A DNA stretch of 64,000 bases from Candidatus Limnocylindrus sp. (GTDB lineage: Bacteria; Chloroflexota; Limnocylindria; Limnocylindrales; Limnocylindraceae): NCBI GenBank assembly GCA_040397215.1, contig JBBAWK010000005.1; one strand, 5' to 3'. Shown here piece by piece: positions 48,071 through 57,166 of this stretch. A model generated the notes under the pieces. That model saw nothing but the letters and a program-made list of their open reading frames with translations. It ran no database searches and was not told the origin of the DNA. A program made the translations under genes and the position numbers. Within the stretch, counting starts at the first letter, position 1, and every line of letters starts with the position of its first letter.

Positions 48071-49092
48071 GCGAGCTGAAGCCGAATCCACTCCCGCTCT
48101 CAACGCCGTTTCCGCCCTCCCCGCGACGGGCCCCACTCGGCACGATTGCGAAGCCGCTGCCGATCATCATCGACTGCGATCCTGGTCACGACGATGCTAT
48201 GGCGCTCGCCGTTGCCTTTGCCCGCCCGGAGCTGAAGGTGCTCGGCGTCACCGCCGTTGCTGGCAACGCCTCGCTGCCAAAGACCTACGAGAACCTGCGC
48301 CGCACCCTGGCTCTTCTTGGCGCCAACGAGGTGCGTGTTGCCGCTGGCGCCGCTGTGCCACTCGTGCGACCACTCTGGGTCGCGCCGTATGTGCACGGTG
48401 ACTCGGGGCTTGACGGCGCGGAGCTGCCAGAGCCAACAGGCCTTGAGCACGCAGCGGGTGCAGTTGACCTGATTGCGACCCTGCTTCGTGAGGCGAGCGA
48501 GCCAGTGACACTGGTTCCCCTCGGCCCGTTGACGAACATTGCCATCCTGCTCCGAGACCATCCTGAACTGAAGGCGAAGATCGCCCACATCTGCTGGATG
48601 GGTGGTGCGATCGCTGAGGGGAATGTGACCGCATCGGCGGAGTTCAATTCGTATGTTGATCCTGATGCTGCAGCGATCGTCTTTGCTTCAGGGATTCCGA
48701 TCACCATGGTCTGCCTCGATGCAACGCACCGCGCCCTTACGGGCGAAGCGGCGATGAAGCGGCTCGACGCGGCGGGGACGCTGCCCGCAAAGATCTTCGC
48801 CGACCTGCTGCGCTTCTATGCGATCTTCCATAAGGACCGTTACGACTGGCCAGCCTCGGCCGTTCATGATGCCGTGGCGGTGGCGCACCTTGCGGTGCCG
48901 AACCTGCTGGCGCTGGTGCATGCCGCCGTTGACGTTGAGCTCGGCGACCTTGCGCGCGGCCGAACGATTACCGACTGGTATGGCGATCGCCTGAAGCAGC
49001 GCGGACGCACTCCGGACGTGGATGTGGCGGTTGGCGTTGATGCCGACGCCTTCGACCGTGTTCTCGTGGACGCGATCCTCTCATTTAAGTAG
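48067..49092 (+). CDS. nucleoside hydrolase (IU-NH family), second paralog
   Basis: IIIDCDPGHDDAMAL aspartate cluster. 4-nt overlap with the first copy. Confidence 0.85.
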   Translation: MSELKPNPLPLSTPFPPSPRRAPLGTIAKPLPIIIDCDPGHDDAMALAVAFARPELKVLGVTAVAGNASLPKTYENLRRTLALLGANEVRVAAGAAVPLVRPLWVAPYVHGDSGLDGAELPEPTGLEHAAGAVDLIATLLREASEPVTLVPLGPLTNIAILLRDHPELKAKIAHICWMGGAIAEGNVTASAEFNSYVDPDAAAIVFASGIPITMVCLDATHRALTGEAAMKRLDAAGTLPAKIFADLLRFYAIFHKDRYDWPASAVHDAVAVAHLAVPNLLALVHAAVDVELGDLARGRTITDWYGDRLKQRGRTPDVDVAVGVDADAFDRVLVDAILSFK

Positions 49093-49094
49093 CG

Positions 49095-49568
49095 CTAGAG
49101 CCGGTCTCGGAGCTCCGCGAGTAGGCCAGGAATCGCCGCCGTAATCTCCGTGGCGGTACGTTCATATGCTGTTGGCGGGTGCCCCCACGGGTCGTCGAGA
49201 TCGCGACCAACTGCGGTTGGGTCAAAGTCCCTGAGCAGACGGATCTCTGGCTGCCTCTCTGCCATGCGGATGATGCTGCGCCCGTTTCGTAGGTTTGTTT
49301 GATCGGCGGCGAGCACCAGATCGAGGGTCGCAGCGAGAGCTGGCGTAAAGAGGCGCGCCTGATGGGTGCTTCGCAGGCCGCGCGCGCTCAAGAGGGCGGC
49401 GCTGTTGGTATGCATCCCCTCGCCAGCATGTTCGTTTGAGGTGCCAGCGCTTGAAACTGCGACGTGCCCAGCGAGGAGCGGGTCGGCGCTGATCGCCGCC
49501 TCGATGAGCACCTCAGCGAGAGGGGAGCGGCAGATGTTGCCGTGGCAGAGGATAAGGATTCGCAACAT
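49095..49568 (-). CDS. low-molecular-weight protein tyrosine phosphatase / ArsC-like
   Basis: CX5R P-loop CHGNICRS near the N-terminus. 157 aa. Confidence 0.8.
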   Translation of the reverse strand: MLRILILCHGNICRSPLAEVLIEAAISADPLLAGHVAVSSAGTSNEHAGEGMHTNSAALLSARGLRSTHQARLFTPALAATLDLVLAADQTNLRNGRSIIRMAERQPEIRLLRDFDPTAVGRDLDDPWGHPPTAYERTATEITAAIPGLLAELRDRL

Positions 49569-49655
49569 CCTTGGAGCCTAGCCGATCACCTGCTTTGCAG
49601 GCTCCAGGGTCGTGGTGCGTGGGGGAGCGCCGTTCGGTATCCTATGCAGAGGCAC

Positions 49656-49730
49656 GGCGGGGTAGCTCACCGGTAGAGCAGGGGATTCATAAGCCCTTGG
49701 TAGCAGGTTCGATTCCTGCCCTCGCTACCA
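49656..49730 (+). tRNA. tRNA-Met (anticodon CAU; could alternatively be tRNA-Ile2 after lysidine modification), genomically encoded CCA
   Basis: Hand-folded cloverleaf: acceptor GGCGGGG/CCTCGCT (two G-U pairs), D-arm GCTC-ACCGGTA-GAGC, anticodon loop TTCATAA, variable loop TGGTA, T-arm GCAGG-TTCGATT-CCTGC, discriminator A, CCA. Confidence 0.6.
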
Positions 49731-49766
49731 TGAACCTTAGGGAAGACGGAGAACGGAGGGGACCTA

Positions 49767-51737
49767 ATGATTCCAAAGGCTCTGCGAAACGGTGCAGTCA
49801 TGCTGATCCTGCTCCTGGGCACCGTCGTGCTCCTCGGCAGCGTCCTCCTCACCCCTGTGCCAGCTGCAACGAAGGACTACTCGGCATTCCTGGCCGAAGT
49901 CCGTGGGGGCAGCGTCGCCTCCGTTGTGCAGCAGGAGCAGATCCTGACCATCACCAAGATCGGCACTCCACCAGAGAGCTACCAGGTGCAGGTCCCTACG
50001 CAGCTGACTGATGTCTACAACGATGTCCGCGCCGCCGCCGTTGCTGGTGGCCGCAACCCTGACAGCGTGACGTTCGGCGCGAAGAAGCCCGACGACTCTG
50101 GCCAGCTCTTCAGCCTGCTGATCAGCGCCCTGCTTCCGGTACTGCTGATCGGTGGCCTCTTCATCTTCATGATGCGTAGCGCGCAAGGGCAGAACAGCCA
50201 GGCGATGAGCTTCGGCAAGAGCAAGGCGAAGATGTTCGTTGCCCACAAGATTCCGGTGACATTTGCCGACGTCGCAGGCGTTGAAGAGGCCAAGGTTGAA
50301 CTGGAAGAGGTTGTTGAATTCCTGAAGTTCCCTGAGCGCTTTGAAGCGCTTGGCGCGAAGATTCCGAAGGGCGTCCTCTTAATTGGCTCACCAGGCACAG
50401 GGAAGACCCTGCTCGCCCGTGCCGTTGCAGGGGAGGCTGGCGTGCCGTTTTTCAGCATCTCGGGCTCTGAATTTGTTGAGATGTTTGTTGGCGTTGGCGC
50501 ATCACGTGTGCGCGACCTCTTTGATCAGGCGAAGCGCAACTCGCCGTGCATCGTCTTCATCGACGAGATTGATGCTGTGGGCCGTCAGCGCGGTGCTGGG
50601 ATTGGCGGATCGAACGATGAGCGCGAGCAGACGCTCAACCAGGTCCTGGTGGAGATGGACGGATTCGAGACGGGCACCAACGTGATCATCATCGCCGCAA
50701 CGAACCGTCCAGACGTGCTTGATCCGGCACTTCTGCGCCCAGGCCGCTTCGATCGCCAGGTGGTCCTTGACCGCCCCGACCTAAAGGGTCGCCTCGCGAT
50801 CTTGAAGGTGCATGTGAAGGGGAAGCCGCTTGACACGAGTGTGAATCTTGAAGAGATCGCGCGCCGCTCGCCAGGATTCTCCGGAGCTGATCTTGCAAAC
50901 CTCATGAACGAGGCGGCGATCCTTGCCGCACGTCGCAGCAAGCGCACCATCGGAATGGATGAGTTTGCCGAGGCGCTAGATCGAGTGATGGCCGGCCCAC
51001 AGCGCAAGAGCCGCCTGATCACCGATGCAGAGAAGCAGATCATTGCGTACCACGAGGGTGGTCACGCGGTGGTCGGCCGCATCCTTGAGAAGTGCGATCC
51101 GGTTAGCAAGGTAACGGTGATTAGCCGCGGTATGGCACTCGGCTACACGATGAACTTGCCAACTGAAGACCGCTACCTGCAGAGCAAGAGCGAATTTGAA
51201 GACAAGATCGCTGCAATGCTCGGGGGCAACGTTGCTGAGCAGCTCGTCTTTGGCGATACGACAACTGGTGCCTCAAACGACATTGAGAAGGCGACCGATC
51301 TTGCGCGCAAGATGGTGACGCGCTTCGGCATGTCCGAGAAGTTGGGCACCGTCACGCTCGGCCGTCAGGACGAGATGATCTTCCTTGGCCGCGAGATGTC
51401 GGAGCAGAAGAATTACTCCGAGTCCGTTGCAAAGCAGATTGACGAAGAGGTCCGCGCGATCATTGATCGTGGCGCTGTGCGCGCACGCGAGGTGCTGACG
51501 AAGCATCGCGATCGCCTCGATGCCCTCGCGGCGAAACTGATTACGGAAGAGACGGTTGAGGGGGAGGCGTTTGAGACACTGTTCGCCGGACTTCCCGCGA
51601 AGCCAGCTGCCTACGCTGGCCTTCTCAATCGACTTCGTGCTGCGGGAGTTTCGATTCCGGCTGCGAGGGTCGAGCCAAAGAGCGAACCGGACGTGAAGCC
51701 GGGCCCTGGGGGCGCAGCGGCGGGGCAGCCAGCCTGA
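49767..51737 (+). CDS. ftsH: ATP-dependent zinc metalloprotease FtsH
   Basis: AAA+ Walker [15 protein letters not shown], second region of homology, and HEGGH zinc motif ([10 protein letters not shown]). 656 aa. Confidence 0.95.
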   Translation: MIPKALRNGAVMLILLLGTVVLLGSVLLTPVPAATKDYSAFLAEVRGGSVASVVQQEQILTITKIGTPPESYQVQVPTQLTDVYNDVRAAAVAGGRNPDSVTFGAKKPDDSGQLFSLLISALLPVLLIGGLFIFMMRSAQGQNSQAMSFGKSKAKMFVAHKIPVTFADVAGVEEAKVELEEVVEFLKFPERFEALGAKIPKGVLLIGSPGTGKTLLARAVAGEAGVPFFSISGSEFVEMFVGVGASRVRDLFDQAKRNSPCIVFIDEIDAVGRQRGAGIGGSNDEREQTLNQVLVEMDGFETGTNVIIIAATNRPDVLDPALLRPGRFDRQVVLDRPDLKGRLAILKVHVKGKPLDTSVNLEEIARRSPGFSGADLANLMNEAAILAARRSKRTIGMDEFAEALDRVMAGPQRKSRLITDAEKQIIAYHEGGHAVVGRILEKCDPVSKVTVISRGMALGYTMNLPTEDRYLQSKSEFEDKIAAMLGGNVAEQLVFGDTTTGASNDIEKATDLARKMVTRFGMSEKLGTVTLGRQDEMIFLGREMSEQKNYSESVAKQIDEEVRAIIDRGAVRAREVLTKHRDRLDALAAKLITEETVEGEAFETLFAGLPAKPAAYAGLLNRLRAAGVSIPAARVEPKSEPDVKPGPGGAAAGQPA

Positions 51738-53143
51738 TGTCCTACGCCCCAACGCTCGCCTGGAAGGGGCTAGAGGGGCCGGAGGAGGCGCACCTTGTCG
51801 CCACCGCGACCTCGCGGATGGCGAAGTATGCAGAGTTCCTGAAGATCCCGAGCGTCTCTGCCCTCCCTGAGAACGCCGCTGATTGCCGTGCCGCTGCCGA
51901 GTGGCTAGCTGGTGAACTCCGTCGCATCGGTGCAGAACGCGTTGAGGTGAGTGAAACGGGCGGCCACCCAATCGTTGTTGCTGAGAAGATCGTGAATAGT
52001 TCGCTCCCGACCGTAGTGATCTACGGCCACTACGACGTGCAGCCAGGAGATCCGCTCGACCTCTGGAAGACCAGCCCGTTCGAGCCGATCGTTCGCGATG
52101 GGCGTATGCTCGGTCGCGGCTCCGCCGACGACAAGGGCCAGATCGTGATTCACCTCAGCGCACTCGAGGCGCTGGTTACCACGCGCGGCACTCTGCCAGT
52201 AAACGTGAAGTACCTCTTTGAGGGCGAAGAGGAGTCGAGCTCCGTGAACCTCGAGTCGTGGATGGCGGCGAACCCAGAGCGCTGCAGCGGCGATGCCGTG
52301 ATCATCAGCGACTCCGGCTTCTTTGATGGCAACCGCCCCGCACTGACGGTTGGGCTCCGTGGCATCACCTACCTTCAGGTCAATGTGCGCGCCTCCGATG
52401 TAGACCTGCACTCTGGGAGTTACGGCGGCTCCGTCGTCAATCCCGCCAACGCTCTCGCCGCCATGATCGCCTCGCTGCATGACGCGAGCGGTCACATCAC
52501 CGTTCCCGGCTTCTACGACGATGTGATTGCGCTCACACCAGCCGATCGCGCCGCATTTGCTGCGTTGCCATTCGATGAGTCTGGCTATCTTGCTGGGATC
52601 GGGGCCACCGCTACGGCGGGGGAGAGCGGCTACTCCACGGTTGAGCGACGCGGTGGGCGCCCAACACTCGACGTGAATGGCATCTGGGGTGGCTTCATGG
52701 GCGACGGCTCCAAGACGATCATCCCGGCGCATGCGCACGCCAAGATCTCGTGCCGCCTTGTGACCGCGCAGGATCCCGCGAAGATCGGTCGACAGGTTGA
52801 GGCGGCGCTGCGCGCTGCGGCACCTGCCGGACTGCAGGTCGAGGTGCAGAACCTCGGCAACGGCGATGCCTTCCTCACCCCCCTTGGCGACCCCTACCTC
52901 AACGCAGCGGCGGGAGCCCTTGAGGCTACCTTTGGCGTGCTGCCGCTCTACATTCGCGAAGGTGGCTCCATTCCGATCGCCGCGCTCTTCCAGAAGGAGC
53001 TTGGCCTGCCAGTTGTGCTGCTCGGTTTCACGCCACCCGACGACAATGCGCATGCGCCAAATGAGTCGATGGACCTCGGCAACTTTGAGGGCGGCATCCG
53101 CGCCGTCATTCGCGCACTCGACGCCATCGCCACCGTTGGCTGA
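51737..53143 (+). CDS. M20-family metallopeptidase (dipeptidase / DapE-like)
   Basis: HYDVQP and GRGSADDKGQ metal-binding motifs. 468 aa. ATG overlaps the ftsH stop by 1 nt. Confidence 0.8.
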   Translation: MSYAPTLAWKGLEGPEEAHLVATATSRMAKYAEFLKIPSVSALPENAADCRAAAEWLAGELRRIGAERVEVSETGGHPIVVAEKIVNSSLPTVVIYGHYDVQPGDPLDLWKTSPFEPIVRDGRMLGRGSADDKGQIVIHLSALEALVTTRGTLPVNVKYLFEGEEESSSVNLESWMAANPERCSGDAVIISDSGFFDGNRPALTVGLRGITYLQVNVRASDVDLHSGSYGGSVVNPANALAAMIASLHDASGHITVPGFYDDVIALTPADRAAFAALPFDESGYLAGIGATATAGESGYSTVERRGGRPTLDVNGIWGGFMGDGSKTIIPAHAHAKISCRLVTAQDPAKIGRQVEAALRAAAPAGLQVEVQNLGNGDAFLTPLGDPYLNAAAGALEATFGVLPLYIREGGSIPIAALFQKELGLPVVLLGFTPPDDNAHAPNESMDLGNFEGGIRAVIRALDAIATVG

Positions 53144-53149
53144 CCGCCC

Positions 53150-54058
53150 GTGAAGGTAGCGCTGCTTGGCCTCGGCCTGATCGGCGGCTCCATTGCGCGG
53201 GCACTGCGTGAAGATCCTGCTGGGGCTGGCCCCCTTGATGAGAGTGGCCTGGAGATTGCCGCATGGACACCAACGCAGACGGGACCGCGAGAGGCGCTGG
53301 CGGCGGGAGTCATTGACACCGTTGGTCGCTCGATCGCCGAAACGGTTGATGGTGCAGCGCTCGTGGTTCTCTGCGCACCACCAATCGCCATGACCGCAAT
53401 TCTCGATGAGCTGGTGATCTGTCGCCGCTCTGGTCGCCTCGCGGATGGAGCGGTTGTGACTGACGTTGCCTCGACGAAGGTGTGGATCGCGCGAGAGGCG
53501 TCGGTGCGCAACATTCGCTTCTGCGGCGGCCATCCGATGGCGGGGAGCCACGAGACTGGTTTTGCTGCGGCAGATGCCAACCTCTTCATTGGGCGACCAT
53601 GGGTCATTGTTCCCGGCGCCAATGGTGGTGGAGCGGCCGCTCTCGTTGAACGACTCGCAACCAGTTGCGGTGCGCGTCCGGTGACCCTTGAGGCGGAGCT
53701 TCACGACGCCGCCACCGCCGCGGTCAGCCACCTGCCACTCCTCCTGGCTGCAGCACTCGTAGAAACGGTGGCACTCGGTGCTGCTGCCGATGCGCCTGAT
53801 GGCTGGAAGGTCTCGCACCTGCTTGCCGGTACCGGTTGGCTCTCCGCCACGCGGCTCGCACGTGGTTCTGAGGCGATGGGCGCCGACATTCTTGCAACGA
53901 ACGCGCGCGAGGTTCGCCGTCAGTTGAAGACGCTGCGACTCGTTCTGGAGCAGTGGGATGCGCGCCTGGCCGCCGCAGGGAACGACCCAATTATCGGTCG
54001 CACGGACCTAGAGGGGCGCCTCGCCGCTGCGCGCGCGGTGCTCATGGAGAGCGAGTGA
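53150..54058 (+). CDS. tyrA: prephenate/arogenate dehydrogenase
   Basis: N-terminal Rossmann VALLGLGLIGGSIARAL and TyrA-family C-terminal helical domain. 302 aa. Confidence 0.7.
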   Translation: MKVALLGLGLIGGSIARALREDPAGAGPLDESGLEIAAWTPTQTGPREALAAGVIDTVGRSIAETVDGAALVVLCAPPIAMTAILDELVICRRSGRLADGAVVTDVASTKVWIAREASVRNIRFCGGHPMAGSHETGFAAADANLFIGRPWVIVPGANGGGAAALVERLATSCGARPVTLEAELHDAATAAVSHLPLLLAAALVETVALGAAADAPDGWKVSHLLAGTGWLSATRLARGSEAMGADILATNAREVRRQLKTLRLVLEQWDARLAAAGNDPIIGRTDLEGRLAAARAVLMESE

Positions 54059-54702
54059 GCGTTGACCCGTTGGCGACGGGCGCCGATGAGGAGATCCTTG
54101 GCATCCCTCGCGGCCTTGCGCTCCCTGCAGGCGCATGGACTGGGATCCGCGCCTTTAGCAGCCTGGAGGAGGGGGAGCGCGAGATCACACGCCTCGACGG
54201 GTTGGCCCAGGCGCGTCCGCGGCGCGAGCTCGAATCGGATCCCTCCTGGAAGCAGCCGATCCCCTATGCGGTGGCCCTCTATCGCCCCGAGGGGACCCCT
54301 ACGGGCGACGTGCAGCTCTTCTGGATGGATCGCCTTGCTGGTGGCAGTGACAAGCGACTGCACGGTCGCGCCTCGTTCGGCGTGGGTGGCCACATCTCGC
54401 CAAACGATGGTGGCATTCGCGCCGCACTTGCTCGAGAGTGGGCCGAAGAGGTTGCCACGCCAACCCTCCCGCACTTCACGCCGCTAGGACTGCTGAACGA
54501 CGATGGTGACGATGTTGGTCGCGTGCACCTTGGCGTGGTCTTCCTTGCCACGCTGACCACGCCCGCTATTTACATTCGTGAGGCGTATAAGCTTGCGGGC
54601 TCTCTCGTGCCGGTGAGCGAGGCACTCCGCCGCAGGGACGAACTTGAGGGATGGTCGGCGAGCCTGATCGACACGATCGTAAAGGCTGCAGCAAGCCTCT
54701 AG
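54055..54702 (+). CDS. Nudix-fold-like protein with degenerate Nudix box
   Basis: GGHISPNDGGIRAALAREWAEEV resembles Gx5Ex7REUxEExGU with substitutions. GTG start overlaps the tyrA stop. Confidence 0.45.
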   Translation: MSVDPLATGADEEILGIPRGLALPAGAWTGIRAFSSLEEGEREITRLDGLAQARPRRELESDPSWKQPIPYAVALYRPEGTPTGDVQLFWMDRLAGGSDKRLHGRASFGVGGHISPNDGGIRAALAREWAEEVATPTLPHFTPLGLLNDDGDDVGRVHLGVVFLATLTTPAIYIREAYKLAGSLVPVSEALRRRDELEGWSASLIDTIVKAAASL

Positions 54703-54746
54703 CCCTCGCTACGTGCGCGGTATGTTGCCGCTGTGATCTTCTCTCC

Positions 54747-56186
54747 ATGCCAACCTCCGTCGCATCTACCGCGCTCGTTGGCATTGAGGGGGTTCCCGTT
54801 GAGGTCGAGGTTGACGTTGCCCCTGGTATCCCTGCAACACGAATCGTGGGACTCCCCGATACCGCCGTAGGGGAGGCGCGCGAGCGCATACGCTCCGCCA
54901 TTCGTGCGGCCGGATACACCTGGCCCGCTCGTCGCATCACAATCAACCTCGCACCAGCCGATCTACGCAAGAGTGGCGGCTCGTTTGATCTCGCCATCGC
55001 GATCGGCATTCTGCTTGCCAGCGGCCAGATTCGTCATCGTGGCAAAGGGACACTGGCGGCGATCGGTGAGCTCGCGCTCGACGGCAGAGTGCGCAACGTT
55101 CCTGGCGCACTGCCACTCGCCCTGCCACTCCTATCAGCGGGGCATCGCGTGCTGCTACCGGCGAGCGTGGCGACGCTGCTAGGGCCGTGCCGCGGCGAGG
55201 CGATTCCCGTTGCAACGCTCGCGGATGCTGCATCGGCGGTCGATGGCAGAGTCGCGGGCCCGCGCTCCTTGCCAGAGATCGCTTTGATAGCAGCACCGAG
55301 CGAAGAGGTTGCATGCGAGCTCGCGAGCATTCGCGGTCAACCGATTGCATCGCGTGCAGTCTTGGTTGCAGCATGCGGTCGTTTCCCGATTCTGCTCGAG
55401 GGACCGCCTGGCGTGGGTAAGTCGATGCTCGCTCGGGCACTGCATGAGATCCTCCCAGACCTTGCTGTGGAGGAGCGCAGCGAGGTTGCATCCATCGCCT
55501 CCGCAGGTGGTCACGCCGTAGGGCTCTCCTTGAGACCGCCCTTACGGGCACCGCATCACGACATAACGGTGGCGGGACTCATCGGCGGAGGCCCGCGCAT
55601 GACTCCGGGCGAGCTGACGTGGGCACATCGTGGACTCCTGCTGCTCGATGAGATCGGTGAATTCCGGCGCGACGCACTTGAGGCGTTGCGCGAACCGCTT
55701 GAGCGGGGGAGTGTTGATCTAGTTCGAGCGGGGCGCGCGGTTCGCTTCCCTGCGGATGCGATCGTGGCGGCCACGGGGAATCCCTGTGGCTGCGGCGAGT
55801 TGGAGCATCCGAGTGGCACCTGTCGCTGTCTCCCTAGCGCGCGACGGCGAGGGAGCCTCTCGCTCTCCGCGCCGATTCGTGATCGATTCCCGCTACGCGT
55901 GCGGCTTGCCCGACCGAGCACGCCCCTTGCTGCGCTCCCGCGCGGCGAACTCACCACGCTGGCTGCTCGCGAGCGCGCAACATCGGTCCGCGCCGCCTTG
56001 ATGCAACGACCCGAAGGTGCCGACGTAATGACCCCTGCGACGCGCCGAACCGTTGAGGGTCTCGGCGTACGCGCATGGAGTCAGATTGAGCGCATTGCGA
56101 TGGTGGTGGCGCTCCTTGATGGCCGCGATGTGGTGGGTGACGCCGATGTGGCGGAGGCGATCCATCTGCACGGCGATCATTGGTGA
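54747..56186 (+). CDS. comM: YifB/ComM-family Mg-chelatase-like AAA+ ATPase
   Basis: N-terminal Lon-like domain, Walker A FPILLEGPPGVGKSMLARAL, and C-terminal helical domain. Confidence 0.85.
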   Translation: MPTSVASTALVGIEGVPVEVEVDVAPGIPATRIVGLPDTAVGEARERIRSAIRAAGYTWPARRITINLAPADLRKSGGSFDLAIAIGILLASGQIRHRGKGTLAAIGELALDGRVRNVPGALPLALPLLSAGHRVLLPASVATLLGPCRGEAIPVATLADAASAVDGRVAGPRSLPEIALIAAPSEEVACELASIRGQPIASRAVLVAACGRFPILLEGPPGVGKSMLARALHEILPDLAVEERSEVASIASAGGHAVGLSLRPPLRAPHHDITVAGLIGGGPRMTPGELTWAHRGLLLLDEIGEFRRDALEALREPLERGSVDLVRAGRAVRFPADAIVAATGNPCGCGELEHPSGTCRCLPSARRRGSLSLSAPIRDRFPLRVRLARPSTPLAALPRGELTTLAARERATSVRAALMQRPEGADVMTPATRRTVEGLGVRAWSQIERIAMVVALLDGRDVVGDADVAEAIHLHGDHW

Positions 56187-57166
56187 GTGCGGTCACGCTG
56201 CACCCAGGCGATCCGCGAATCCCAGAACGGCGCAGCGAGGCGCTTGGGCTCGCCCCCGATGCAGATCGGCGGCGCCCGCTCTGGGCGCTGGGGCGGGTCG
56301 AGGTACTTGGGAGACCATCCATCGGGATCGTCGGCACGCGGCGCCCCTCGCCGCACGGCATGGCAGCCGCTCGGCGCATCGCCTTTGAGGTGGCGCGGGC
56401 TGGGTGGTGCATCGTCTCGGGACTCGCCCTGGGGATCGACGAGGCGGCCCATTTGGCAGCCGTAGAGGCGGGAGGGGAGACGATCGCCGTACTTCCTAGT
56501 CCCGCCCCGCTCGGGCTGCGCTACGGAGCGCGGCGCCTTGCTGAGCAGATCCAGCAGGCGGGCCTACTTCTCTCTGATCGACCGGTCGGCACTCCGCCTG
56601 CCGCCTGGAGCTTTGCCGCCCGCAACCACCTCCTGGCGGCCTTCTGCGACGGGCTCATTGTCGTTGAGGCACCTGAGAACTCCGGGGCGCTGATCACCGC
56701 TGAATCGGCGGCAGGGCTTGGGCTCCCCGTAGCGGTTGTGAGCGCCCCGTACGGTGCAGCGACAGCGGAGGGGGGCCTACGCTGGCTCCAGCGCGCGCAG
56801 GAGTTGTCTTTGCGTCTCACAGAGGAGCGCTCGCCCGTGCTCATTTCAGGGGATGCCGACCTCCGTGCGTGGCTTGCTGTCTGTGCGCTGTCCTTGCGAT
56901 GTTATTTTGCCGAGCCTTCGGAGGTTGCCTCCGTAGCAGCGAGCGCCGTCGGGGGTGAGGCCTCCGGTTTGCAGCGTGAAATCCTCCAGAGAGTCGATGC
57001 AGCTGGTGCTGAGGGGGTCGTCGAGGGCGATTTAAGCGACCTCTCGCGGGAGTTGCCAGGGGCACTCGTGGCGGCCCTGACCCTCTTGAGCCTGCGCGGG
57101 CTGATAGAGCAGCGCGGTGGCCGTTGGCGGCGCGTTCTGGGGGCGGTGCTACGCTCTCGCCCATGA
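56180..57166 (+). CDS. dprA: DNA processing protein DprA
   Basis: Rossmann-like DprA core IGIVGTRRPSPHG...CIVSGLALGIDEAAH. TTG/GTG start overlaps the comM stop. Confidence 0.85.
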   Translation: MVSAVTLHPGDPRIPERRSEALGLAPDADRRRPLWALGRVEVLGRPSIGIVGTRRPSPHGMAAARRIAFEVARAGWCIVSGLALGIDEAAHLAAVEAGGETIAVLPSPAPLGLRYGARRLAEQIQQAGLLLSDRPVGTPPAAWSFAARNHLLAAFCDGLIVVEAPENSGALITAESAAGLGLPVAVVSAPYGAATAEGGLRWLQRAQELSLRLTEERSPVLISGDADLRAWLAVCALSLRCYFAEPSEVASVAASAVGGEASGLQREILQRVDAAGAEGVVEGDLSDLSRELPGALVAALTLLSLRGLIEQRGGRWRRVLGAVLRSRP

